64,000 bases of DNA from Hypanus sabinus. Its lineage: Eukaryota. Made by a program: the position numbers and the translations under genes. The DNA lies in the NCBI RefSeq assembly GCF_030144855.1, contig NC_082718.1:89528001-89592000 (forward strand), given 5' to 3'. Below the pieces are notes generated by a model. It was not told where the DNA came from. It ran no database searches and worked only from the letters and a program-made list of their open reading frames with translations. This document shows, piece by piece, positions 39,538 through 50,731 of the stretch. Positions within the stretch are counted from its first letter, which is position 1; every line of letters starts with the position of its first letter.

Positions 39538-39703
39538 ACAGAGCAAACACGAGGAAATCTGCAGATGCTGGAAATTCAAACAGCAACACACACAAAATGC
39601 TGGTGGAACACAGCAGGCCAGGCAGCATCGATCGGGAGAAGCGCTGTCGACGTTTCAGGCCGAGACCCTTCGTCAGGACTAACCGAAAGTAAAGATAGTA
39701 AGA
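39538..39703 (-). mobile_element. Short Penelope pseudo-LTR insertion (166 bp) with hammerhead
   Basis: 13 bp TSD gttttcaaaatta at 39525-39537 and 39704-39716. Nearly identical to 19653-19751 where they overlap. Confidence 0.9.
39645..39680 (-). ncRNA. Minimal type I hammerhead ribozyme motif
   Basis: Minus strand: aGTC CTGACGA a GGGT ctcg GCCT GAAA C GTC GAC. Stem I GTC/GAC; predicted cleavage between 39649 and 39648. Confidence 0.78.
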
Positions 39704-41052
39704 GTTTTCAAAATTATCCGGACTAGTGTGGATGTAGCCTCAGGGTCACACTTGCAAACGTTTACCAATTTGCATTGGTTCCCACAGTGTGAAGACCACG
39801 TCAGTAATGCAAACAGTTCAGCTTCACAGAAAACCCACTGCTCAATACAGCCCCTTTGACCCACAATGCTGTGCCGAACATGTACTTACTTAGAAATTAC
39901 CTCGGGTTACCCATAGCCATCTATTTTTCTATACTCCATGCACCTCTTCAGGACTCTCTTAAAAGGCCCTATCATGTGGGGGGGGGGGGGGGGTCTGGGA
40001 CAAGGTCAAGGACAAGAGAAAGGAGAGTTAAAACAGCCGGACTTGTATCACTTGTTGGTGCACACAAAGACACCACGAACTGTGTGGGGACCTGGGCTTA
40101 ACATATTAACATCAGAAGGAGGAAAATAGCAAAGAACAATTTCATAGCTCGCAGACTGGAGCTGGGGGGGGGGGGGGGGTGGTGGAAGACGAGAGGAACT
40201 TTCCAGAACTCAAGGAAGGGTTGAGAACTAACAGTAAAAAAAAAGACAGTGAAAACACTAGTAAGGAATCACCACACCAGAGGTAAAAGAATCAGAGAGA
40301 AATAAAAGAGAGAACTTTCAAGAGGCAGGGCTGAAGAAAACATAGTCAGCAAGTTCACGGCAGAGTTAACAAGGGTAGTTTGTGCCGTTAGACTTAACAC
40401 TTGTGGATCAATCAGGGGCCTTCCCTGTAGAGGGATCAAATTCGTTCCACAATGTAATGGCTGCAAAGTGTCACAAGGCAAATCTATATATCATTTTTTT
40501 CAAGTAAAACTAACAACTTCTGCTACTTACAGCAGAAAACCCTCGATGAACTGTTTACCTATCTCCATCAACTCTGGAGACTCTGCATTTAGCAACTTCT
40601 GCTTTGTTATGCGACCTGCTCGTTGGTGGGTTTTAATAGAGTCCGGGCCATCATGGCGCTGTCGTCGTTTCAGAGCCAGGCTTTTTACTGGCCACTGACA
40701 AATCAGTCATGTTTGATGCAGTTTGCTCAAAGCTTGACAATCAACAGATCTGTTGAACACATCACTGTTTTCACCAGAGGTTAACAAAATCTGACAGGGC
40801 TAAGTCTGTTCTGATTAGCTCTCTGGAAGAATGTTCAAACAGTTTACAATGGGTCATTATTGTATTTGCCAATTTCACCACTGTCAAATCCTCAAAATTT
40901 AATGCAAGTCTGATGTAAACTGAATATTAATCCATGAACAACAGCTATTTTTCTTACATTAAGGCAGTATGATTTTTTTAAAATACACGATTTATTTCTC
41001 TTCCCACAACACACTGCAGTTAATAGAAAGCTAACCATGAAAGCCAGGATGA

Positions 41053-41405
41053 GGTCATAGAATCATAGAAAAGTACAGCACAGAAACAGGCCCTTTGGCC
41101 CATCTAGTTCATGCCAAACCATTTGAACTACCTAATTCCATCGACCTGCACCCAGAAAATAACCCTCCCATCAAAGTACCTATCCAAACGTCTCTTAAAT
41201 GTTGAAAGAGAGCTCACATGCCCCACTTGTGTTGGCAGCTCGTTCCGCACCCTCACCACCCACTGGAGTGTAGAAGTTTCCCCTCCGTTTCCCTTTAAAC
41301 TTTTCAACTTTCACCCTGAACCCATGACCTCTGGTTGTAGTCCCACCCAACCTCAGTGGAAAAAGCCTGCTTGCATTTACCCTATCTATACCCCTCATAA
41401 TTCTG
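41053..41405 (-). mobile_element. CR1 (HER1-like) 3' fragment
   Basis: MRGIDRVNASRLFPLRLG..TRGHGFRV; tail (tcataga)n; gtacagcacagaaacaggccc. Confidence 0.85.
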
Positions 41406-41419
41406 CATAACTATTCATT

Positions 41420-41775
41420 GGTGATACAGTGCCATTAAAAGTACAAATGACAATAAGAAATGAATATTAAAAAATTAAATTGAATAAGTAGCACAAAAAG
41501 AGAGGAACAATAGAAAGGTAGCTCTCATGGGATGGCTCATTGTTCATTCAGAAATCCAATGCCGGGGAAGAAGCTGTCTCTAAAATGTTGAGCAAACACG
41601 AGGAAATCTGCAGATGCTGGAAATTCAAGCAAAACACACACCAAATGCTGGTGGAACGCAGCAGGCCAGGCAGCATTTTGAGACTTTCTAAAATGTTGAG
41701 CATGTCTCTTCAGGCTCCTGTACCTCCTCTCTGATAATAGTGGCAAGAAGAGAGCATCTCCTGGATTAGGTATTC
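41420..41775 (-). mobile_element. Rex1-type 3' fragment hosting the 92 bp PLE insert
   Basis: ttgttcattcagaaatcc..ggggaagaagctg..cttcaggctcctgtacctcct. Confidence 0.75.
41595..41686 (-). mobile_element. Short Penelope pseudo-LTR insertion (92 bp), no hammerhead
   Basis: 16 bp TSD tctaaaatgttgagca at 41579-41594 and 41687-41702, inside a Rex-type fragment. Confidence 0.9.
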
Positions 41776-42367
41776 CCAACCCAATGTCCATAGACCCCTT
41801 GCTTAATGGTATTGTCCACTGCTTTATGAAGATGCCCTATACACTGGGGAGCCCTACCATGGTCAATATTGAAGCTAATGAAGTATATACTGTATCAGGT
41901 CAATAACGAACACCACAAAATATTTTATTACTGCAACCTTGATGATATTTATGGAAGAGTATCCAGAGCTTGATTTCCTAAAGACATGTTATTTGTAACC
42001 TGTACCTGGATGTGCAAAGATCAGGTGGGCCTCACATTCCTAATCAGCATCTCACTAGAGTGAGCAGATACGGCTACTGTCAGAAAGGCATTACAACTAA
42101 CTGGCGTGGCTTCAGAGGCTGGAAGGGCCTCTTACATGTGGACTGAAATAGAGAAAACCGCTAAAGAATGGGTGGGGGGGGGGGAAGAAAGAGAGAGAGA
42201 GAAACATTTGTGAGCAGCTCCTCCCCAAAATGTTTTTTAAAAATGCAAGGTCACCTGTAACCTCTCCATCACAAGGACAGGCCGTTGCGTGGCAATTAAT
42301 AAGCAGTCAAGTTATTTGGGCAAATTCGTAGTGATGGACTGGGCCTAGTGATTCAGTGGCAACGTTA

Positions 42368-42790
42368 AACACAAGAGATACTGCAGATCCCAGAAACCGA
42401 GAGCAATGCGCTCAAAATGCTGGAGGAAGCTAGCGGGTCAGGTAACACCTGCGGAGTGGAACAGTCGCCGTTTCCGGCTAAGACCCACTGAAAAGGACAG
42501 GGGAAGAAGCCAGAATATGAAGGTTGGAGGAGGGGAGCAAGTGCATGCGGGCAGGTGAGAGGCGAGGCTGGGTGAAGGGGAAGGTGGGTGGAGGACAGGG
42601 GATGAAGTGAGAAGCTGGGAGATGATGGATGGAAAAGGGTAAAGGGTTGAAGGAGGAGGAAATTGATAGAGGAGAGTGGATCATGGGAGAAAGGGAGGGA
42701 CCACAGGGAGGTAAAATATTAGTGAAGGGGTTAAGATGGGAGTCAAAATGGGGAATGAAAAAGGAGAGGGGGAGGGGAGAAATTACCATG
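42368..42790 (-). mobile_element. Penelope pseudo-LTR fragment
   Basis: Same repeat body and purine-rich spacer as 54495-54880. Confidence 0.8.
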
Positions 42791-43159
42791 AGCCTAGAAT
42801 ACAACACAAACAAGTGACTCTAAGTTTTCCTGGCATACATTTCTATAATGTGCATCAAATATTAGTCAGACTAAACAGAAACACAAAACAGATTGCAGGT
42901 CAAAATCCCACGGTGGGACGACTACAAGTAGAAGTCAGGACTTCAGTATAGACTCTGATTTGGCAAAGATCTTCCTGCAAGCAAAATATTCTTTTTGTTA
43001 ATTAGTATACCAAGAACACCGTTCCAAAAGCAACCTCCGGACATAATGTAGGAATGCTCTGGCATTGAACCTTTATATTGGAGAGGATCTGAAATTTCCC
43101 CTGGACTTTTCCTCCTTAGCTCATCTCAGTTGGCAGCACTCCCAAACTGTCAAGTTGAA

Positions 43160-43835
43160 TTGAGCAGCTCAACGTCAGTGTCAATATCTCAGAGGATCTA
43201 TCCTGGACTCAGCACATCGATGCAGCTACAAAGAAGGCAAGATTTCATTCCGAGATGAGGAGGTTTATGTCCATCTAAAAGCCTTGCAAGTTTCTACCAA
43301 TGGATCATGGAGAGCATTCTAACTGGCTACATCACCTTCTGGTGTGGGGTGGGAGAGCTACTGCACCGGATTGAAGTAAGCTGCAGAGAGCTGTAAAGAT
43401 CAGCCAGTTCCATCATGGGTACCAGCCTCTCTAGTATCCAGGACAAGGAGCAACCTATCAAAAAGGCAGCGTCCATCATTAAGGACCCCCATCACCCAAG
43501 CCATGCCTTGTTCTCATTGCGACCATCAGGGAGGAGGTACAGAAGCCTAAAGACAAACACTCAACGATTCAGGAACAGCTTCTTCCCTTCTGCCATCCGA
43601 TTTCTGAATGGAGATTGAACACATGAACACTACCTCACTGCATTAAAAAAAATTGCACTACTTATTTAATATCAATATGGATATAAATATATATTTATAT
43701 CAGTCTCTATACATAAATATCTCTACTTTACACACATTTACTGTAATTCAATTTCCACCCCCCCCCATTATGTTTTGCAATGTACCGCTGCTACAAAGTT
43801 AACAAATTTCACAACAAATGCTGATGATATTAAAA
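43160..43835 (+). mobile_element. Rex1-type LINE 3' fragment
   Basis: ESILTGYITFW..KKAASIIKDPHHPSHALFSLRPSGRRYRSLKTNTQRFRNSFFPSAIRFLN. Confidence 0.9.
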
Positions 43836-44149
43836 TACATAATCTGAGGTTGGCATTTCAGCAGTGCTGAAGAAAAGTGGACTTATTTGAGGTTTGGTTC
43901 TTCAAGCAAGCAACAGATTTTGTCTATAATCGCTGGCTTAGTCAAATCATGAAAACTGAATGACACAATGCAAAGAACAAAGTTTCTCCGTTAACCAGCA
44001 TTTCCAAGAAACAGATTAACTGGTTGCAGACCTCGTTACCAACTCTGGATATTCATGCGTGTGCATTGGCTGTTGTAGTGCTCCACAGAGCATCAGTTGT
44101 TGCACACTGAGCACCTATAGTTGTTTTTGAGAGAGCAGTCTGTTTTAAC

Positions 44150-44520
44150 GTGAACAAAGTCACTGGAGAGACACTGAAGCTGGTGAATATTTAAAGTGCT
44201 TTATTCAACAAAAATGAGCCGCAGGCTTCATAGTGAAACACTCTAGCAGGAATAAGCCTCCTGGCCCAATACTACATGACATTTTTATATGCCAAAGATA
44301 GCAGCAGGACAATTCTATAATTACAACGTATTGACAATGCTTCCTTTGAATTACATATAGTTTTTCCACACTTCCTTCTTCGCACCCACTCCAGACACCC
44401 AAAATGAATGTAAATTAGCATTTTCTGGTTTGCAATCAGCTCCATTCTACCATTCCAGGAAAACTATCGTTCAGGGCTACATTTTAAACTGCTTGCTGGT
44501 GAAGTTAATACTTTCAACAT
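44150..44520 (-). repeat. Second copy of the 14802-15315 repeat
   Basis: Collinear similarity to 14802-15315; minus-strand AATAAA near 44200. Confidence 0.6.
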
Positions 44521-45182
44521 ACTTTACACCCTAACACAGTCAAGACACAAAGCTGTTCACAGAACACTGAACCGTACTTCTGTGAGATGGAAACTCCCAA
44601 TGGGCAAGCAGGCGAGTGCAACACAAGAACCGCATTTGCACTGATGGATACTAATGACGGATACATCTTTAATCTTCTAAGGATTAGTCCAACTCTTATC
44701 ACCGATCTGCCCACATTGAGGTCTTGGGGTGGGGCGGGGAGAAGCGAAATTTCATTCCCACTCCATTTCAAGATGTCCACAGACTAACTGTTGCTCTCAA
44801 TGGATGGGGAGCTTTGCAATTCATTCCATTAGGCTGGATACCATGGGTAAGTCACTGACCATTCTTCCCAGGCTGTTTGATAAAGCGCTGACGGGCAAAA
44901 TCTTGATTCACTGAAATCTGTGTGATTACGGTGCTTCCAAAGTGCTTTAGGTTGGGAGTTCCAAGGCTTTAACTCCAAGATCAGAATCAGGTTTTATATC
45001 ACGTGTTATGAAATTTGAAAAATGATGGAAGGAACACGAATCCAGGGTCAGGTTAGTACTTCAGAGCCAACAGGGAAAACGAGGACACAAATCTGAATGG
45101 ACAATGAATCCATATTCACATCTCATTCCTTTCTTGATTTTTTGCACTATTTATTTAATTTAACCTTTTTTTTGATTATCTA

Positions 45183-46262
45183 CAGTGGGTTCCAGTTAAT
45201 TGGGACACATTGTGACCTATATATATTTCGGCCCAATTAAGCAGCTGTTCTAATCAGCTGAAATTTAATGGAAATAGTTGAAATGGTATTAAAAGACAGA
45301 CAAACTATCTGAGTAACAAATTATGTATTAAATGATAAAAAGCAAATTAGAATTATACCAATACTGTCCATTATATTTGACCATAACAGGAAAACTACTG
45401 GGAAAGTTTTAAAGTGGAGAAGTTGCTGCAGTGAGCCAGTTTCACTCTCTCGACCTCGGAAGAACGGGTCCAGTGGTATGGTAGTCTACACAACTGGGGT
45501 CTTCCTTGGTTGCAGTGGGTGACCATGACGACTTCTGTGCCTCATCACTTCCTTCACTCTCCACGGAGTCTTGGAGAATCACCTTTCTTGCTGTTAGATC
45601 TCACTGCTGATCTCACCCACCCAGTCCGCCAGAGACATCTGCACGTGCTGGGACAGGTACATCCACATCTCACTGGGGTACGAGAGCCACCGGCTACCCT
45701 CGCCTGGTTTAGTCTACCTGTTGAAGTGGTGTGCCTGCTGTTGCACGCTCAGAGCCACAGGTGAGAGCCAAGTGTCCAGTGGGGATCAAAGATAACATTC
45801 AAAATGATTCTCAACACTTACAAATACTTATAGTTCCTAACTTGTTGAAACAGTGAAATCATTTTATTTTCACTCCCAGCCGTTTTTCGCATCACCAAGA
45901 ATTGAAAATTTGAAACCACACTGAGCAAAAGAATTCAGAATTGTCTTGCTGCTTATTTCTCGCCAACTATCAGTGACAAAAATCACCGCTTTTTTTTTTA
46001 AAAACACAAACACACACAACTGATGCTACTTAAAAATAGTTCGCTCTTAGCATGGCTTAGGTCTAACAACCACTCAAGTGCACTTGACTGATGTTGGTTT
46101 AGTGACTCTTTGGCAACAGTCTGTCCCAATTAAGAGGCATAATGTCCCAAATAGTCCAGGGGAATTCAGGCTATTTTCTCAATTAGTTTTTGTTCTTTAA
46201 GAGTTGTCCCAAATAAGTGGCTCCCTTGATTAAGTGATAGCCCAAGTGACCAGAATACATTA
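45183..46262. mobile_element. Tigger/pogo-like non-autonomous DNA element with a nested repeat
   Basis: ta-cagtgggttccagttaattggg at left, degenerate inverse cccaagtgaccagaatacatta-ta at right, repeated cccaattaa / tgtcccaa subterminal motifs. Confidence 0.6.
45435..45792 (+). repeat. Unclassified interspersed repeat; inverted partial copy at 51445-51600
   Basis: caggtgagagccaagtgtccagtggggatcaaag versus the reverse complement caggtgagagcagaatgtccagtggggaccaaag. Confidence 0.6.
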
Positions 46263-46709
46263 TATTTCTTATTGTAATTCATTGTCTTTTATTATTAGGT
46301 ATTACAATGTACTGCTGCCACAAAACAACAAATTCACAACATATGCCGGTGATATTAAAACCAATTCTGAATTAATATTGGGGTAGCCAAACCACAAAAC
46401 AGAATTTAAAGGATTTGCCCCTGCCAAGACAACAATGCCAATGATTGATGGTGCCCTGCTAGAACATGTGGGCAGGATGGCATTCAACTACAGTGCCCAT
46501 CTACATACAGAAGCCACCAAAACTCTCCACCAGGGTTCACGTTGCCTTCTGATGAACTGTTTCTGGACAGGCGATTCTAATCAAATTATGAAAGGCTCCA
46601 GGTAGATCAGACAGCCAAGGGGCTATGTATAAAGCTGTAAAGTATGATATGCAATAAATGTATAAACTTTAAGGTTTATATCTTATGATTCCTTAAGGTT
46701 GCCATAACT

Positions 46710-47240
46710 AGGGGAGGTAGGGGGTTTAAGCTCCCTCTATCTATTAAGTGCTCCCAATGGTGTGCACCTCAAATAGCCTCTGACAACCTAGTCCAACTCC
46801 TGGCCTTCTCACGTGACTTAGCAACCAAATCCGGCAGAACTTTTTTCACCCGACAGGTGGAAGAGGCAAAGGCGGGTTGCTGGTGCCTTAAATCCAGTTG
46901 CTTCAGGCAGACGGGGCTCGTCAGCTGCAGGTGACGGTTCATCTAGGCGAAGGAAAGCTCCGATCTCAAACCTCCGCTGTGGCTACACTCTGTCACGAGG
47001 AAGGCTTCTGGAGAACTACAGGCCCGGAGTTGCTGAGTACAATGCTGGCTGGCAACTCCTGTGACACTGCTGGTGCCAAACCGTATCGGTCTCAGCTGTT
47101 CCTTCGGATTCAGCAGCTATGTGGATGGGAAAGCCTAATCCATGGGCAACAGCTTACTCTCCATCTGGTTCTGCTCCGGCTTTCCTATCACTTAGGACAC
47201 AATATCCATGGTCAACCTTGACCAATGGAGGGCCTCAGAG
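46710..47240 (+). mobile_element. Probable RTE-type 5'UTR-derived element
   Basis: catctaggcgaaggaaagctccgatctcaaacct resembles the recalled RTE 5' UTR motif ggagaaggaaaactc..aaacct. Confidence 0.4.
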
Positions 47241-48089
47241 AGACTAAGGTTTATGGTGCTGCAACATTAAAATGAGCAAATGAGGAAAGTGGCAAACAGT
47301 GTAACTGTCCTGATTAGAACTAGAATTGCTGGGAATGAATACAAAAGCAGAACCCATGTCCAAATTTGGAGCCTGCAATCGGCTGGACACTCAAAAATAA
47401 GGCTCCCCCATGTTAAATATCTTTCCGTTCTCCCGAATGTTTTCATCTCAGCATTACATCATAAATAAAATTCAATGCGCCTTTTCTTTCAGCTCATCCA
47501 ACTTAAAAACTACACAAAAGCTTTACTGTAGCCTCGCACCCTCGCTCTGACCTCTGTCCTTGGCCGCCTACGCTGTTCCAATGATGCTTGAAGAACGGTT
47601 TATTATCTTTCATCTGGGTACATGGCAGAATTCTAAGAGTTTGACAGTTGGAGCAAGATTGTGTCTCTTTTAGACTTTTAATCCCCACTTGATCCCAATA
47701 TCGATACAGTCCCACCGTCTCTTATCACTTCAGAATTCCGCCTTCCACACGATCACAGACCTCTCTCGTTCTCTTTGCCGCTTCCCACTTTCGATGGCCA
47801 CATCACTCATCTCTGTTCTGACGAAAGGCCATCAACCTGGATCATTCATTCAGTTTCTCTCTCCACAGATGCTGCCCAGCTTGCCAGGCATTCTCAGAAC
47901 CTTCTATTTTATTCTTCACTGGAAACCCTGCAAGTTAAAATGACTAGTTGGCAAAAGAGACCATTCGGGCCAACAAAGTCCTGTTAGATTTCCTGGCCAA
48001 GCAAAAACAATAATGGTTATCAGGGATTACAGAGAATTGAAAGAACTTCATCCAGAAGTCCCAACAATGGAGAATGATCCTCTAATTAG

Positions 48090-49030
48090 TTCAAAGTTCA
48101 AAGAAAATTTAATACCCAAGTACATATGTCACCATATTTATTGAGATACAGCGTGGAATAAGTTCTTATAGCCCTTTGAGCCACGCTGACCACTGATCCA
48201 ATTTAATCCTAGAGTAATCACGTAATAACCTATTAACCTACAAACCCATACATCTTTGGACTGTTGGAGAAAACCAGAGCATCTGGAGGAAACCCACACG
48301 GCCGCGGGGAGAACATACAAATTTGTTACAGGCAGCGGTGGAAATTGAACCCGGGTCGTCTGCACTGTGTTGTGCTAGTTACCCTGAGATTCATTTTCTT
48401 ACAAGCATTCGCAGTAGAACAGAGAAATACAATAGAATCAGTGAAAAAACTACACATACTGACAAGAGCAATGAACGTGGAAAACATGTGTAAATAAAAA
48501 AAACAGCAATAAATAACTTGCATGAAGTGACAAGATAAAGAGTCCCTAAATGAGTGAAGTTATCCCCTATTGTTCAAGAGCCTGATGTTGAGGGGTAATA
48601 ACTGTCCCTGAACCTGGTGGGGTGAGTCCCGAGGCTCCTGTACCTTCTACATGATAAAAGCAGTGAGAATCTTTGATGATGGATGCTGCTTTTCCAAGGC
48701 AATGCTTCATGTAGATGTGCTCAATGGTTGGGAGGGTTTTACCTGTGATGTACTAGGCCAAATCCACTACCTTTTGTCGGATTTTCCCTTCAAAGGCATC
48801 GGTATTCCCACAGCAAGCCGTAATGTAGCCAGTCACGCACACTTTCCATCACACACACACACCTATCGAAGTTTGCCAAGGTTTTTGATGACAAGTCGAA
48901 TCTCCTCAGACTCCTGAGGAAGTAGAGGAACTGTCATGCTGTCTTCACAATTATATGATCAGGTCCTCTGAGACATTGACACCCAGGAATTTAAAAGTTA
49001 CTGACCCTCTCCACCGCGGATCCTCCGATG
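48090..49030 (-). mobile_element. Rex1-type LINE 3' fragment, split by a V-SINE
   Basis: Tail gttcaaagttcaaag at 48089; gttcaagagcctgatg..gaacctggtgg; gacattgacacccaggaattt. Confidence 0.8.
48137..48385 (-). mobile_element. V-SINE (HE1-like)
   Basis: Reverse complement of the V domain (tctttggactgttggaga..ggaggaaacccac..gggagaacatacaaa) with box B gggttcaattt. Confidence 0.85.
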
Positions 49031-49849
49031 ATTAGATCTGGAATGCGCCATAGAATCACAGGCCTGAGCCTGGCACCTGGGTTTCAGGATGGAGGTTTGC
49101 AGTGGCTCCAGCACATCACATTGACCCAAGCAGCTGGCATTGTGAAATCCTCCAGGTCAAGCCTCCCTTTCACTAAACGTAAGAAGATAACCAAGAAACT
49201 GGAATAATGCAGGCAACTTTATCAGATCATGTTGGGCAGGAGATGGATGTAGTTTCCAATTAACAAATCACTAATTCTATTCTTATGACAATAACTCAGA
49301 GCCCTGTATTATCTATCTAATCCTTCCTTCTATTCCACTTACAGTAAACACACAAAGCAAACTTCAAAAGGGCTTTGTCAAAGAACATCAATTAACATTA
49401 CTTCTGGTCTAATTTCATTACATATCTAAAAAAACTGCTTGGCTTAGTTAATATTCTTCACTATAAATATCAGCACTGAGAGCCTGGAGACTCGTTAAAT
49501 GCATTTCGAGCCTCCAGAGAAACTCTACACTTCGCTGATCAGATCCCAGCCGGTATGCTCCACTCCAGCTGACATTAGCACCTAACAAAATAAACATCTA
49601 CACTTTTACACGGCAAGATGCAGCGAGAGTTGCCCCCAAGCCTGGGAGGACCAAGCCACAAGGAATCGTGAGACAAAGTAAAGGAAAGCCTGTTGGCAAA
49701 ATGCAAGGGACAGAAAGCAACGGAAGAGGAGAGAAAGAGTGCTGGATGAGGTGGAACAGGAGGTGGCTCATGTGGAAGATAGCATCAGTGGGGAATTAAA
49801 GATTAAAGATCTTTAATTAAGGATTAGCTTTTTCTTGTCATATGTACAT

Positions 49850-50278
49850 CTCCATCTGGCATGGAGGGGGCTACTGCACAGGATCAAAATAAGATGCAGA
49901 GAGTTGTAAAATTAGTCCACTCCATCATGGGCACCAGCCTCCTTAGTATCCAGGGCATCTTCAAGCAGCAGTGCCTCAAAAAGGCAGCGTTCATCATTAA
50001 GAACCCCCATCACCCTGGTCGTGCCTGGTTCTCATTGCTACATCAGGAAGGAGGTACAGAAGTGTGGCAGATGCTCAGTGATTCAGGGACAGCTTCTTCC
50101 CCTCTGCCATCAGATTTCTAAATGGACATTGAACCCACAAAAGCTACCTCACTTTTTTTAAAAATTTCTATTTTTGGACTACTTATTTAATACATACCGT
50201 ACTTACTGTAATTCACATTTTTTTCTATTATGTATTGCTGCTACAAAGACAACAAATTATTAAACCTGATTCTAATCC
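49850..50278 (+). mobile_element. Rex1-type LINE 3' fragment
   Basis: QRVVKLVHSIMGTSLLSIQGIFKQQCLKKAAFIIKNPHHP. Confidence 0.85.
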
Positions 50279-50279
50279 T

Positions 50280-50530
50280 AAAACATAGTGAAATGCAACA
50301 TCTGCGTCAACGACCACAGTCTGGGGCAAGCAGGCTAGCTTCGCCACACTTCCAGTGCTAACATAACATGCCCACGACTTACCAATCCTTACCCATACAT
50401 CTTTGGAGTGTGGGAAGATACCAGAGCACCTGAAGGAAACCTTTATAGTTTCAGGGAGAACATACAAACGGTGGTGGGAATCAAACCCAGATCACTGGCA
50501 CGGTAAAGCATTACACTACCATGCCGCCAC
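50280..50530 (-). mobile_element. V-SINE variant
   Basis: V domain on the minus strand, with the tail also seen at 12660-12810 and 730-880. Confidence 0.75.
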
Positions 50531-50677
50531 AAAGAGATGAAGAGAGGGCTCCTTTTTAAATATATTCAATGTTTCAAGGATTGACAGCTTTTACCACCCA
50601 TAACTGATCAACTATTCCTGCACAACATCAGGAATATCACAACAAAAATGAGACCAAATAATGCAAGAACTATCTGA

Positions 50678-50678
<1 letters not shown>

Positions 50679-50726
<48 letters not shown>
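50679..50726. repeat. (CA)24 microsatellite
   Basis: Read directly from the sequence. Confidence 0.97.

Positions 50727-50731
<5 letters not shown>

Larger units (their letters stand above)
39455..39740. mobile_element. PIF/Harbinger-type MITE half, hosting the 166 bp PLE insert
   Basis: aaaacgcatagcgtggatg..cgttttcaaaattatccggactagtgtggatgtagcc resembles recalled Harbinger MITE ends; the other end was not found. Confidence 0.5.

Noticed and set aside
40741-40756. Perfect 16 bp palindrome tcaacagatctgttga
   Set aside because: About one such palindrome is expected by chance in 64 kb (64000/4^8).
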